Assembly (NCBI RefSeq): GCF_032444005.1
Contig: NC_091290.1
Coordinates: forward strand, 151,032,001-151,096,000
DNA: 64,000 nt
Reading direction: 5' to 3'
DNA from: Ranitomeya imitator
Lineage: Eukaryota
The translations under genes were made by a program, and so were the position numbers. Below the pieces are notes generated by a model. That model was given only the letters and a program-made list of their open reading frames with translations. It had not been told where the DNA came from and ran no database searches. Positions within the stretch are counted from its first letter, which is position 1; each line of letters starts with the position of its first letter. Of this stretch, positions 13,270-24,009 are shown one piece after another.

Positions 13270-13465
13270 TGCAATGACCCAATTAATCATTGTTAATTTA
13301 ATCCGATGTGTCACGGAGCGGCGCTGACAAAGATCAGGCGCAATTTATCCCCGTACTAAGGGCCAATCTAATCAGCAGCTTGAAAGACGAGATCAATCAT
13401 TGCCGGAGGCGGCGCCTTAACCGTTTCACTGCTGCATAAAGAGCTCCCCGAATTATGATGGATGT
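13270..13465. promoter_or_regulatory. Candidate developmental enhancer / conserved-noncoding-like element
   Basis: Clustered TAAT/ATTA sites, CATTGT (13288), TGACA (13325), ATCAATCA (13392), TGATGGAT (13456) in unique sequence; motif-based only. Confidence 0.35.
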
Positions 13466-13805
13466 GGATTCAGTGTGGCTGATGGTACGTGGCATCCAGA
13501 CAGCGACATTTTCTCCATTTATGAATAGAGAGTGACCTATATTATTAACCCCTTCCCACCACTCCTTGTAGTGTTAACAGCGTTTAATCCCTTGCAACAA
13601 TATAACCAACCTTAATTGCTCTGGTCAGATCGTAAGGATCAAGCGTTTTCTCGGATGTACAGAGACATCTGCCGCACGTATTGTTCGCACACGTGTTCCA
13701 TAGCGTCTTACATTTCATTTATCTTTTCCATTCCCCTTGGCTTACTTCATGTCTCACGCAAGTATCGTGGAAGCAAAACTCTGCAGCCATCAAATGCTGT
13801 TTTCT

Positions 13806-16800
13806 CACAGTTCCTTCCTCCCCAGGATCAGTGGCCTCTGATGGCTGCACAGTTCCCTCCACCCCAGGATCAGTGGCCTCTGATGGCTGCACAGTTCCCT
13901 CCACCCCAGCATCAGTGGCCTCTGATGGCTGCACAGTTCCCTCCACCCCAGGATCAGTGACCTCTGATGGCTGCACAGTTCCCTCCACCCCAGGATCAGT
14001 GACCTCTGATGGCTGCACAGTTCCCTCCACCCCAGCATCAGTGGCCTCTGATGGCTGCACAGTTCCCTCCACCCCAGCATCAGTGGCCTCTGATGGCTGC
14101 ACAGTTCCCTCCACCCCAGCATCAGTGGCCTCTGATGGCTGCACAGTTCCCTCCACCCCAGGATCAGTGACCTCTGATGGCTGCGCAGTTCCCTCCACCC
14201 CAGGATCAGTGACCTCTGATGGCTGCACAGTTCCCTCCACCCCAGCATCAGTGGCCTCTGATGGCTGCACAGTTCCCTCCACCCCAGGATCAGTGACCTC
14301 TGATGGCTGCACAGTTCCCTCCACCCCAGGATCAGTGACCTCTGATGGCTGCACAGTTCCCTCCACCCCAGGATCAGTGACCTCTGATGGCTGCACAGTT
14401 CCCTCCACCCCAGGATCAGTGACCTCTGATGGCTGCACAGTTCCCTCCACTCCAGGATCAGTGGCCTCTGATGGCTGCACAGTTCCCTCCACCCCAGGAT
14501 CAGTGACCTCTGATGGCTGCACAGTTCCCTCCACTCCAGGATCAGTGGCCTGTGATGGCTGCACAGTTCCCTCCACTCCAGGATCAGTGGCCTCTGATGG
14601 CTGCACAGTTCCCTCCACTCCAGGATCAGTGGCCTGTGATGGCTGCACAGTTCCCTCCACTCCAGGATCAGTGACCTCTGATGGCTGCACAGTTCCCTCC
14701 ACTCCAGGATCAGTGGCCTCTGATGGCTGCACAGTTCCCTCCACCCCAGGATCAGTGACCTCTGATGGCTGCACAGTTTCCTCCACCCCAGGATCAGTGA
14801 CCTCTGATGGCTGCACAGTTCCCCCCACCCCAGTATCAGCGGCCTCTAATGGCTGCACAGTTCCCTCCACCCCAGTATCACTGATCTCTGATGGCTGCAC
14901 AGTTCCCTCCACCCCAGTATCAGCGGCTTCTGATGGCTGCACAGTTCCCTCCACCCCAGGATCAGTGACCTCTGATGGCTGCACAGTTCCCTCCACCCCA
15001 GGATCAGTGACCTCTGATGGCTGCGCAGTTCCCTCCACCCCAGGATCAGTGACCTCTTATGGATGCGCAGTTCCCTCCACCCCAGGATTACTGACCTCTT
15101 ATGGCTGCACAGTTCCCTCCTCTTTGGAATCAGTGGCCTCTGATGGCTGCACAGTTCCCTCCACCCCAGGATCAGTGGCCTCTGATGGCTGCACAGTTCC
15201 CTCCACCCCAGGATCAGTGGCCTCTGATGGCTGCACAGTTCCCTCCACCCCAGGATCAGTGACCTCTAATGGCTGCACAGTTCCCTCCACCCCGGATCAG
15301 TGACCTCTGATGGCTGCACAGTTCCCTCCACCCCAGGATCAGTGACCTCTGATAGCTGCACAGTTCCCTCCACCCCAGGATCAGTGACCTCTGATGGCTG
15401 CACAGTTCCCTCCACCCCAGGATCAGTGACCTCTGATGGCTGCACAGTTCCCTCCACCCCAGGATCAGTGGCCTCTGATGGCTGCACAGTTCCCTCCACC
15501 CCAGGATCACTGACCTTTGATGGCTGCACAGTTTCCTCTGCCCCAGGATCACTGACCTCTGATGGCTGCGCAGTTCCCTCTACCCCAGGATCAGTGACCT
15601 CTGATGGCTGCGCAGTTCCCTCTACCCCAAGATCAGTGGCTTCTGATGGCTGCACAGTTCCCTCCACCCCAGGATCAGTGGCCTCTGATGGCTGCGCAAT
15701 CCCCTCTACCCCAGGATCAGTGGCCTCTGATGGCTGCACACTTCCCTCTACCCCAGGATCAGTGACCTCTGATGGCTGCACAGTTCCCTCCACCCCAGGA
15801 TCAGTGACCTCTGATGGCTGCACAGTTCCCTCCACCCCAGGATCAGTGACCTCTGATGGCTGCACAGTTCACTGCTCTTTGGAATCAGTGGCCTCTGATG
15901 GCTGCGCAGTTCCCTCCACCCCAGGATCAGTGACCTCTGATGGCTGCACAGTTCCCTCTACCCCAGGATCAGTGGCTTCTGATGGCTGCACAGTTCCCTC
16001 CACCCCAGGATCAGTGGCCTCTGATGGCTGCGCAGTTCCCTCTACCCCAGGATCAGTGGCCTCTGATGGCTGCGCAGTTTCCTCTGCCCCAGGATCAGTG
16101 GCCTCTGATGGATGCACAGTTCCCTCCACCCCAGGATCAGTGACCTCTGATGGCTGCACAGTTCCCTCCACCCCAGGATCAGTGACCTCTGATGGCTGCA
16201 CAGTTCCCTCCACCCCAGGATCAGTGACCTCTGATGGCTGCGCAGTTCCCTCCACCCCAGGATCAGTGACCTCTGATGGCTGCACAGTTCCCTCCACCCC
16301 AGGATCCGTGACCTCTGATGGCTGCACAGTTCACTCCTCTTTGGAATCAGTGGCCTCTGATGGCTGCGCAGTTCCCTCTACCCCAGGATCAGTGACCTCT
16401 GATGGCTGCGCAGTTCCCTCTACCCCAGGATCAGTGGCTTCTGATGGCTGCACAGTTCCCTCCACCCCAGGATCAGTGGCCTCTGATGGCTGCACAGTTC
16501 CCTCCACCCCAGGATCAGTGACCTCTGATGGCTGCACAGTTCACTCCTCTTTGGAATCAGTGGCCTCTGATGGCTGCACAGTTTCCTCTGCCCCAGGATC
16601 AGTGGCCTCTGATGGCTGTACAGTTTCCTCCACCCCAGGATCAGTGACCTCTGATGGCTGCACAGTTCCCTCCACCCCAGGATCAGTGACCTCTGATGGC
16701 TGCACAGTTCACTCCTCTTTGGAATCAGTGACCTCTGATGGCTGCACAGTTCCCTCCACCCCAGGATCAGTGGCCTCTGATGGCTGCGCATTTCCCTCTA

Positions 16801-19800
16801 CCCCAGGATCAGTGGCCTCTGATGGCTGCACAGTTCCCTCCACCCCAGGATCAGTGACCTCTGATGGCTGCACAGTTCCCTCCACCCCAGGATCAGTGGC
16901 CTCTGATGGCTGCGCATTTCCCTCTACCCCAGGATCAGTGGCCTCTGATGGCTGCACAGTTCCCTCCACCCCAGGATCAGTGACCTCTGATGGCTGCACA
17001 GTTCCCTCCACCCCAGGATCAGTGGCCTCTGATGGCTGCACAGTTCCCTCCACCCCAGGATCAGTGACCTCTGATGGCTGCACAGTTCCCTCCACCCCAG
17101 GATCAGTGACCTCTGATGGCTGCGCAGTTCCCTCCACCCCAGGATCACTGACCTCTGATGGCTGCACAGTTCCTTCCTCCCCAGTATCAGCGGCTTCTGA
17201 TGGCTGCACAGTTCCCTCCACCCCAGGATCAGTGACCTCTGATGGCTGCACAGTTCCCTCCACCCCAGGATCAGTGACCTCTGATGGCTGCACAGTTCCC
17301 TCCACCCCAGGATCAGCGACCTCTGATGGCTGCACAGTTCCCTCCACCCCAGGATCAGTGACCTCTGATGGCTGCACAGTTCCCTCCACCCCAGGATCAG
17401 TGGCCTCTGATGGCTGCACAGTTCCCTCCACCCCAGGATCAGTGACCTCTGATGGCTGCACAGTTCACTCCTCTTTGGAATCAGTGGCCTCTGATGGCTG
17501 CACAGTTTCCTCTGCCCCAGGATCAGTGGCCTCTGATGGCTGTACAGTTTCCTCCACCCCAGGATCAGTGACCTCTGATGGCTGCACAGTTCCCTCCACC
17601 CCAGGATCAGTGACCTCTGATGGCTGCACAGTTCACTCCTCTTTGGAATCAGTGACCTCTGATGGCTGCACAGTTCCCTCCACCCCAGGATCAGTGGCCT
17701 CTGATGGCTGCGCATTTCCCTCTACCCCAGGATCAGTGGCCTCTGATGGCTGCACAGTTCCCTCCACCCCAGGATCAGTGACCTCTGATGGCTGCACAGT
17801 TCCCTCCACCCCAGGATCAGTGGCCTCTGATGGCTGCGCATTTCCCTCTACCCCAGGATCAGTGGCCTCTGATGGCTGCACAGTTCCCTCCACCCCAGGA
17901 TCAGTGGCCTCTGATGGCTGCACAGTTCCCTCCACCCCAGGATCAGTGGCCTCTGATGGCTGCACAGTTCCCTCCACCCCAGGATCAGTGACCTCTGATG
18001 GCTGCACAGTTCCCTCCACCCCAGGATCAGTGACCTCTGATGGCTGCGCAGTTCCCTCCACCCCAGGATCACTGACCTCTGATGGCTGCACAGTTCCTTC
18101 CTCCCCAGTATCAGCGGCTTCTGATGGCTGCACAGTTCCCTCCACCCCAGGATCAGTGACCTCTGATGGCTGCACAGTTCCCTCCACCCCAGGATCAGTG
18201 ACCTCTGATGGCTGCACAGTTCCCTCCACCCCAGGATCAGCGACCTCTGATGGCTGCACAGTTCCCTCCACCCCAGGATCAGTGACCTCTGATGGCTGCA
18301 CAGTTCCCTCCACCCCAGGATCAGTGACCTCTGATGGCTGCGCAGTTCCCTCCACCCCAGGATCAGTGGCCTCTGATGGCTGCACAGTTCCCTCCACCCC
18401 AGGATCAGTGGCCTCTGATGGCTGCACAGTTCCCTCCACCCCAGGATCAGTGACCTCTGATGGCTGCACAGTACCCTCCACCCCAGGATCAGTGGCCTCT
18501 GATGGCTGCACAGTTCCCTCCACCCCAGGATCAGTGACCTCTGATGGCTGCGCAGTTCCCTCCACCCCAGGATCAGTGACCTCTGATGGCTGCGCAGTTC
18601 CCTCTTTGGAATCAGTGGCCTCTTATGGCTGTGCAGTTCCCTCTACCCCAGGATCAGTGACCTCTGATGGCTGCACAGTTCCCTCTACCCCAGGATCAGT
18701 GACCTCTGATGGCTGCGCAGTTCCCTCCACCCCAGGATCAGTGACCTCTGATGGCTGCGCAGTTCCCTCTTTGGAATCAGTGACCTCTGATGGCTGCGCA
18801 GTTCCCTCCACCCCAGGATCAGTGACCTCTGATGGCTGCGCAGTTCCCTCTTTGGAATCAGTGGCCTCTTATGGCTGTGCAGTTCCCTCTACCCCAGGAT
18901 CAGTGACCTCTGATGGCTGCACAGTTCCCTCTACCCCAGGATCAGTGACCTCTGATGGCTGCGCAGTTCCCTCCACCCCAGGATCAGTGACCTCTGATGG
19001 CTGCACAGTTCCCTCTACCCCAGGATCAGTGACCTCTGATGGCTGCACAGTTCCCTCCACCCCAGGATCAGTGACCTCTGATGGCTGCGCAGTTCCCTCC
19101 ACCCCAGGATCAGTGACCTCTGATGGCTGCGCAGTTCCCTCTTTGGAATCAGTGGCCTCTTATGGCTGTGCAGTTTCCTCCACCCCAGGATCAGTGACCT
19201 CTGATGGCTGCACAGTTCCCTCCCCCCAGGATCACTGACCTCTGATGGCTGCACAGTTCCCTCCCCCCAGGATCACTGACCTCTGATGGCTGCACAGTTC
19301 CCTCCACCCCAGGATCAGTGACCTCTGATGGCTGCACAGTTCCCTCCACCCCAGGATCACTGACCTCTGATGGCTGCACAGTTCACTCCCCCCAGGATCA
19401 GTGACCTCTGATGGCTGCACAGTTCCCTCCACCCCAGGATCACTGACCTCTGATGGCTGCACAGTTCACTCCTCTTTGGAATCAGTGGCCTCTTATGGCT
19501 GCACAGTTCCCTCCCCCCAGGATCACTGACCTCTGATGGCTGCACAGTTCACTCCTCTTTGGAATCAGTGACCTCTTATGGCTGTGCAGTTCCCTCCACC
19601 CCAGGATCACTGACCTCTGATGGCTGCACAGTTCACTCCTCTTTGGAATCAGTGACCTCTTATGGCTGTGCAGTTCCCTCCACCCCAGGATCAGTGACCT
19701 CTGATGGCTGCACAGTTCCCTCCCCCCAGGATCACTGACCTCTGATGGCTGCACAGTTCCCTCCCCCCAGGATCAGTGACCTCTGATGGCTGCACAGTTC

Positions 19801-20088
19801 CCTCCCCCCAGGATCACTGACCTCTGATGGCTGCACAGTTCCCTCCCCCCAGGATCACTGACCTCTGATGGCTGCACAGTTCCCTCCCCCCAGGATCACT
19901 GACCTCTGATGGCTGCACAGTTCACTCCTCTTTGGAATCAGTGGTCTCTTATGGCTGTGCAGTTCCCTCTACCCCAGGATCAGTGACCTCTGATGGCTGC
20001 ACAGTTCCCTCCCCCCAGGATCACTGACCTTTGATGGCTGCACAGTTCACTCCTCTTTGGAATCAGTGGTCTCTTATGGCTGTGCAGT
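13806..20088. repeat. 42-bp minisatellite, ~150 copies
   Basis: Unit GTG(G/A)CCTCTGATGGCTGCACAGTTCCCTCCACCCCAGGATCA; 14-aa period in the ORF track; variant units with TCTTTGGAATCA; indel units near 15293 and beyond 19220. Confidence 0.98.
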
Positions 20089-20128
20089 GCCCGCTTCTCC
20101 AGTATATGTAAACTGTAATCCTCTATTA

Positions 20129-20556
20129 CAGTGTTCCCCAACTCCGGTCATCACGAGCCACCAACAGGTCGGTGGCTCAGTGGTTAGCACAGCAGCCTTG
20201 CAGCGCTGGAGTCCTGGGTTCAAACCCCACCAAGGACAACATCTGCAAAGAGTTTGTATGTTCTCTCCGTGTTTGTGTGGGTTTCCTCCGGGTACTCCGG
20301 TTTCCTCCCACATTCCAAAGACGTACTGATAGGGAGTTTAGAATGTGAGCCCCAACGGGGACAGTGATGATAATGTTACACACATTATAAACTGTAATCC
20401 TCTATCCTCTGCGGAATATGTTAGCGCTATATAAAAATAAAGATTATTATTATTAACAGGTCATGATTTCAGGATTTCCTTAGTATTGAAGAGGTGATAA
20501 TTCCATCATCTGGGCAATTCTAAGGAAAGCCTGAAAGCATGACCTGTTGGTGGCTC
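20129..20556. mobile_element. Small hAT-type MITE, right end truncated, interrupted by a SINE
   Basis: Starts CAGTGTTCCCCAACTCC; arms GAGCCACCAACAGGTCATG / CATGACCTGTTGGTGGCTC rejoin when the SINE is removed. Confidence 0.65.
20171..20454 (+). mobile_element. tRNA-derived SINE, V-SINE-like, slightly 5'-truncated
   Basis: Pol III A box TGGCTCAGTGG (20173), B box GGTTCAAACCC (20217), central GTGTTTGTGTGGGTTTCCTCCGGGTACTCCGGTTTCCTCCCACA block, (TTA)n tail, 8-bp TSD AACAGGTC (20163-20170, 20455-20462). Confidence 0.88.
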
Positions 20557-21237
20557 TCTGCCCGACTTTCTATATTTTTTGGGTATTATGACTTCAGACA
20601 ACCCACATAACTGCCCCACCTCGGAGCTGCTCCTTTTGCCTTCTAGACTTAGCTGTCATAGCCTGGCGAGGTGGGCACTGCCAGCTTTGTGTACCCCACT
20701 GTGCGCGGTCATGTGCGGGGATCACACATACAGCGTACGTCTATAATCCACAGGGGTCGTTTCCAGCGGGGAGAAGAATTGCTGAGGTTTAGATTTCCAG
20801 CTCTAGAGTTGTCCTTGGCGTCTTGGGTTGGTGACATCACGGGACGGTGCAGGGCATGGCTGCCCAATGTCATCTCTGTGAACCGCAGGCTTCTCCTCCG
20901 TCCAAGTGTCTGCCCACACATCCCACCGCAGACTATCACCCCTTGCCACATCCCTAATGACAAGCTGCCCTGGGAGAAGCCTCCGAACCCTCCGTGAGGG
21001 CGTCCCTGGCACTGTCTGCTTCCTTGTGGTTTACAGGAGCTGGCACAGGATGTGAGCAATCGCCATTTATGTCCCTGACTGGCAGCGTAGCCCTCTAGTG
21101 CTGGGTGCGTTCCTGTAAAGCCCCTTTTATAAGTCAGATACTGGCAGCAGAAATGTTTTTGAGCTTTCCTAGTGATGCTGCAGAGCACCATTTCTTAAGC
21201 CCCTCATGCTGGTAAAATTCTCCATTATCTCCTGCCT

Positions 21238-21310
21238 CCACTGGGGGGCGATATGTATGAAGCTGCCATTTACATCCATGCAGTCTATAAGTATCGCCAT
21301 CTAGTGGCCA
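21238..21310. promoter_or_regulatory. Convergent pair of CTCF-like motifs
   Basis: CCACTGGGGGGCGA (+, 21238) and TGGCCACTAGATGGCGATA (-, 21292-21310); motif match by eye. Confidence 0.35.
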
Positions 21311-22278
21311 CATCAGATAACTGACGTATGAGGGAAATCGGAATGGGGCTCTGTGCAAAAGCGAAGCGTCCGAGAGGAAAATGTGTGATGGAAAAATGCT
21401 CCAAACCAGTAAAGCTGCATGGGAAGGTTATAACCACTGGAGGCGCTGTTCCACCCCTTTATAAGTCACACCAGCATGTTATAGGTGCATTTAATCGGAT
21501 TTAATGACTGAAAGGTGTGATAATTGCTGTGCCCATATTAAGTTTTTATTTATTTAAAGAAACTGACCCAGAAAATATTAATTTAGTTATCTATATACAC
21601 AGTAAAAAAAAAAAGTCTATGAATCTGCTGTCTGATAATCTGGATAGTCTGATGATCCGACAGGTTTTGGTCCAGATAGTTCTCCGTTACATGGTATATC
21701 TATATGGCTGTGTCACCCCGGGTTGTTCGGACGCTGCCCCGTGCGGCTCATTTCTCTGCGCTGACATCACATCAACCTGCTGTGGCCGGCGGCATTACCG
21801 CTGACCCCCGGGAGCGGCTGCCAATTTGTAAGATAAAGCGGCATCTTGTGTGAGGGGACGGCATTATATGAGCTGCTTAATCCTCATCACTGCGGCAGCC
21901 GGAGCTGGTGCGGACCCCCCTCCTCAGTCTCTGCCTCCATTTATCTCATTACCCCCCTCTCCGCTCTCCCCGCGCACATCACATCCATTCTCCGCCTGTG
22001 GCTCACACGCCAGATAATTTAATGCTCGCAGGCAGCCCATCCATAACACACGATTGAAGTCTTATCGCGCCTCGTGCAGGTTGTGATACCTTTGAGTGCA
22101 GTCAGTCCATAATCCACTTATAGGGTTGGGGGTCCTCTTTACCATCGTGTCCCCTCCTCCGGGGTTTGTTTGCCCCATTGGGTTTTTAAGGATTCGTATA
22201 CAAGTTTGTTTGTTTTTTGCTTGCTGTCAGTGAATGTGGAAAAATAAAATAAACTTTATACAAAACGATATAGACGTA

Positions 22279-22541
22279 GCTCTGCTCACACCACTGCTGC
22301 TGGGTTTGTTACAATGTATCTATCCTGGACTGCGCTGAAACATTGTAACAAGCCCATCAGCTGTGAGCAAAGCCAGGCCCTAATAGACATAAATGGAGAT
22401 ATTCTTGCCTCCAATGGCTGAAATCATGCATAGTCCTTGGATGTATCACAGCTGAAGGTTTGTTACAATTGTATCCTCTCTGGATAAACCGGGTGTATCA
22501 GTCTGATACATATGACCTGCACTGACACATTGTAGCAAACT
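22279..22541. repeat. Two copies of a short hairpin-forming interspersed repeat
   Basis: GGGTTTGTTACAATGTATC...GAAACATTGTAACAAGCCC (22302-22355) and a similar copy at 22457-22541; related copies at 45863, 46621, 56668, 56746. Confidence 0.6.
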
Positions 22542-23379
22542 CATGACAGGGAAGATGTGCGCTGCCGATGGAGAATGGTCTCGGTTGGATACGATTATAG
22601 CAAACCCTCAGCTGTGCAAAGTTCAAGTTTTCAGCCTCTAATTTTAGATGAGCATGTTTCCATTTCCTGAAAGCAAGCGGAGATCTGGGGAGCTGACCGT
22701 TCGCAGGTCTCTTGGTTGCATGATAACGGGATATTCCCATGTCCCCCTCCCTCCATCTTGTCACTCCTGCTGGCGGAGAAGTGACGGGGTCGTCTCTGCT
22801 CTCTGCACATGAGCCGCCGTAGGAAGCCGCCTGTCTGTGCTAATCCTGCCGCCTGTCAGTCCAGTGTCGATCAGCGGAGGCGCCAGACGCTGATTGTGGC
22901 GCTCACCTCTGATCGCTCTTGGTGTCGGGGGATCTTGTCTGGATGGTTTATTTCTCTCACATATTTATGGGGTTTCTGCGCTACCGGCGGCTTCACATCT
23001 AGATCTCCACACTGGTCCTCAGTGTAATGCCGGTAATGTCTGCAGGCAAATAATGACCCCGGAATATGGTCCCTGGTATATTGGAAACCAGGCCGACCCA
23101 GGGAAAGGTGATCAGCCCCAGGATGCACTGCATAGACCAGAAGGACCTCTGCCCGTATGATGGACCGGGGGAGGTGGAGTGTATCATCTGCTCGTAAATA
23201 ATAAGAAACACCGCTCCATGTGTGGTAGACACCGCCACACAATAGCAAGTCACATGATCACCCTGTGACCTAATCGTCCAATCACACTCAGTTGCTGTAT
23301 TGACTTGGACATCACTGCCCGAACCATGTGACATCATCATCCAGTCACAGACTGACATTCTACATAGACTGCGTGACAT

Positions 23380-23860
23380 CACTGCCCCGGCCCCCTCTGT
23401 CGGCGTCTGGCCCTGGCCCCCTCTGTCGGCGTCTGGCCCCGATACCCTCTGTCGGCGTCTGGCCCCGGCCCCCTCTGTCGGCGTCTGGCCCAGGGTAAGG
23501 TGATCAGCTTCAGGATGCACTGCATAGACCAGAAGGACCTCTGCCCGTATGATGGACCGGGGGAGGTGGAGTGTATCTGTCGGCGTCTGGCCCCGGCACC
23601 CTCTGTCGGCGTCTGGCCCCGGCACCCTCTGTCGGCGTCTGGCCTCTGCACCCTCTGTCGGCGTCTGGCCCCGGCACCCTCTGTCGGCGTCTGGCCCCGG
23701 CACCCTCTGTCGGCGTCTGGCCCCGGCACCCTCTGTCGGCGTCTGGCCCCGGCACCCTCTGTCGGCGTCTGGCCTCTGCACCCTCTGTCGGCGTCTGGCC
23801 TCTGCACCCTCTGTCGGCGTCTGGCCCCGGCACCCTCTGTCGGCGTCTGGCCCCAGCACC
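23380..23860. repeat. 26-bp GC-rich minisatellite with an embedded 89-bp foreign segment
   Basis: Unit GGCACCCTCTGTCGGCGTCTGGCCCC; interrupted at 23489-23577. Confidence 0.95.
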
Positions 23861-24009
23861 CTCTCCTTTCTGCTGCCTCCAGCTGTTTGTTTCCTGTTTT
23901 TGTTCTGGATTTTGAACGCCGAGATCCAGGGCGGAAGTAAAATCTGCTTGATCCGTGGATTAGACAGGATCATAATCCCGGGTGTTCATGTGCAGCCCCA
24001 AGCCCTGCC

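Noticed and set aside
20171-20240. tRNA gene
   Set aside because: A and B boxes are present, but there is no complete cloverleaf and the sequence continues into a SINE body and tail with a TSD.
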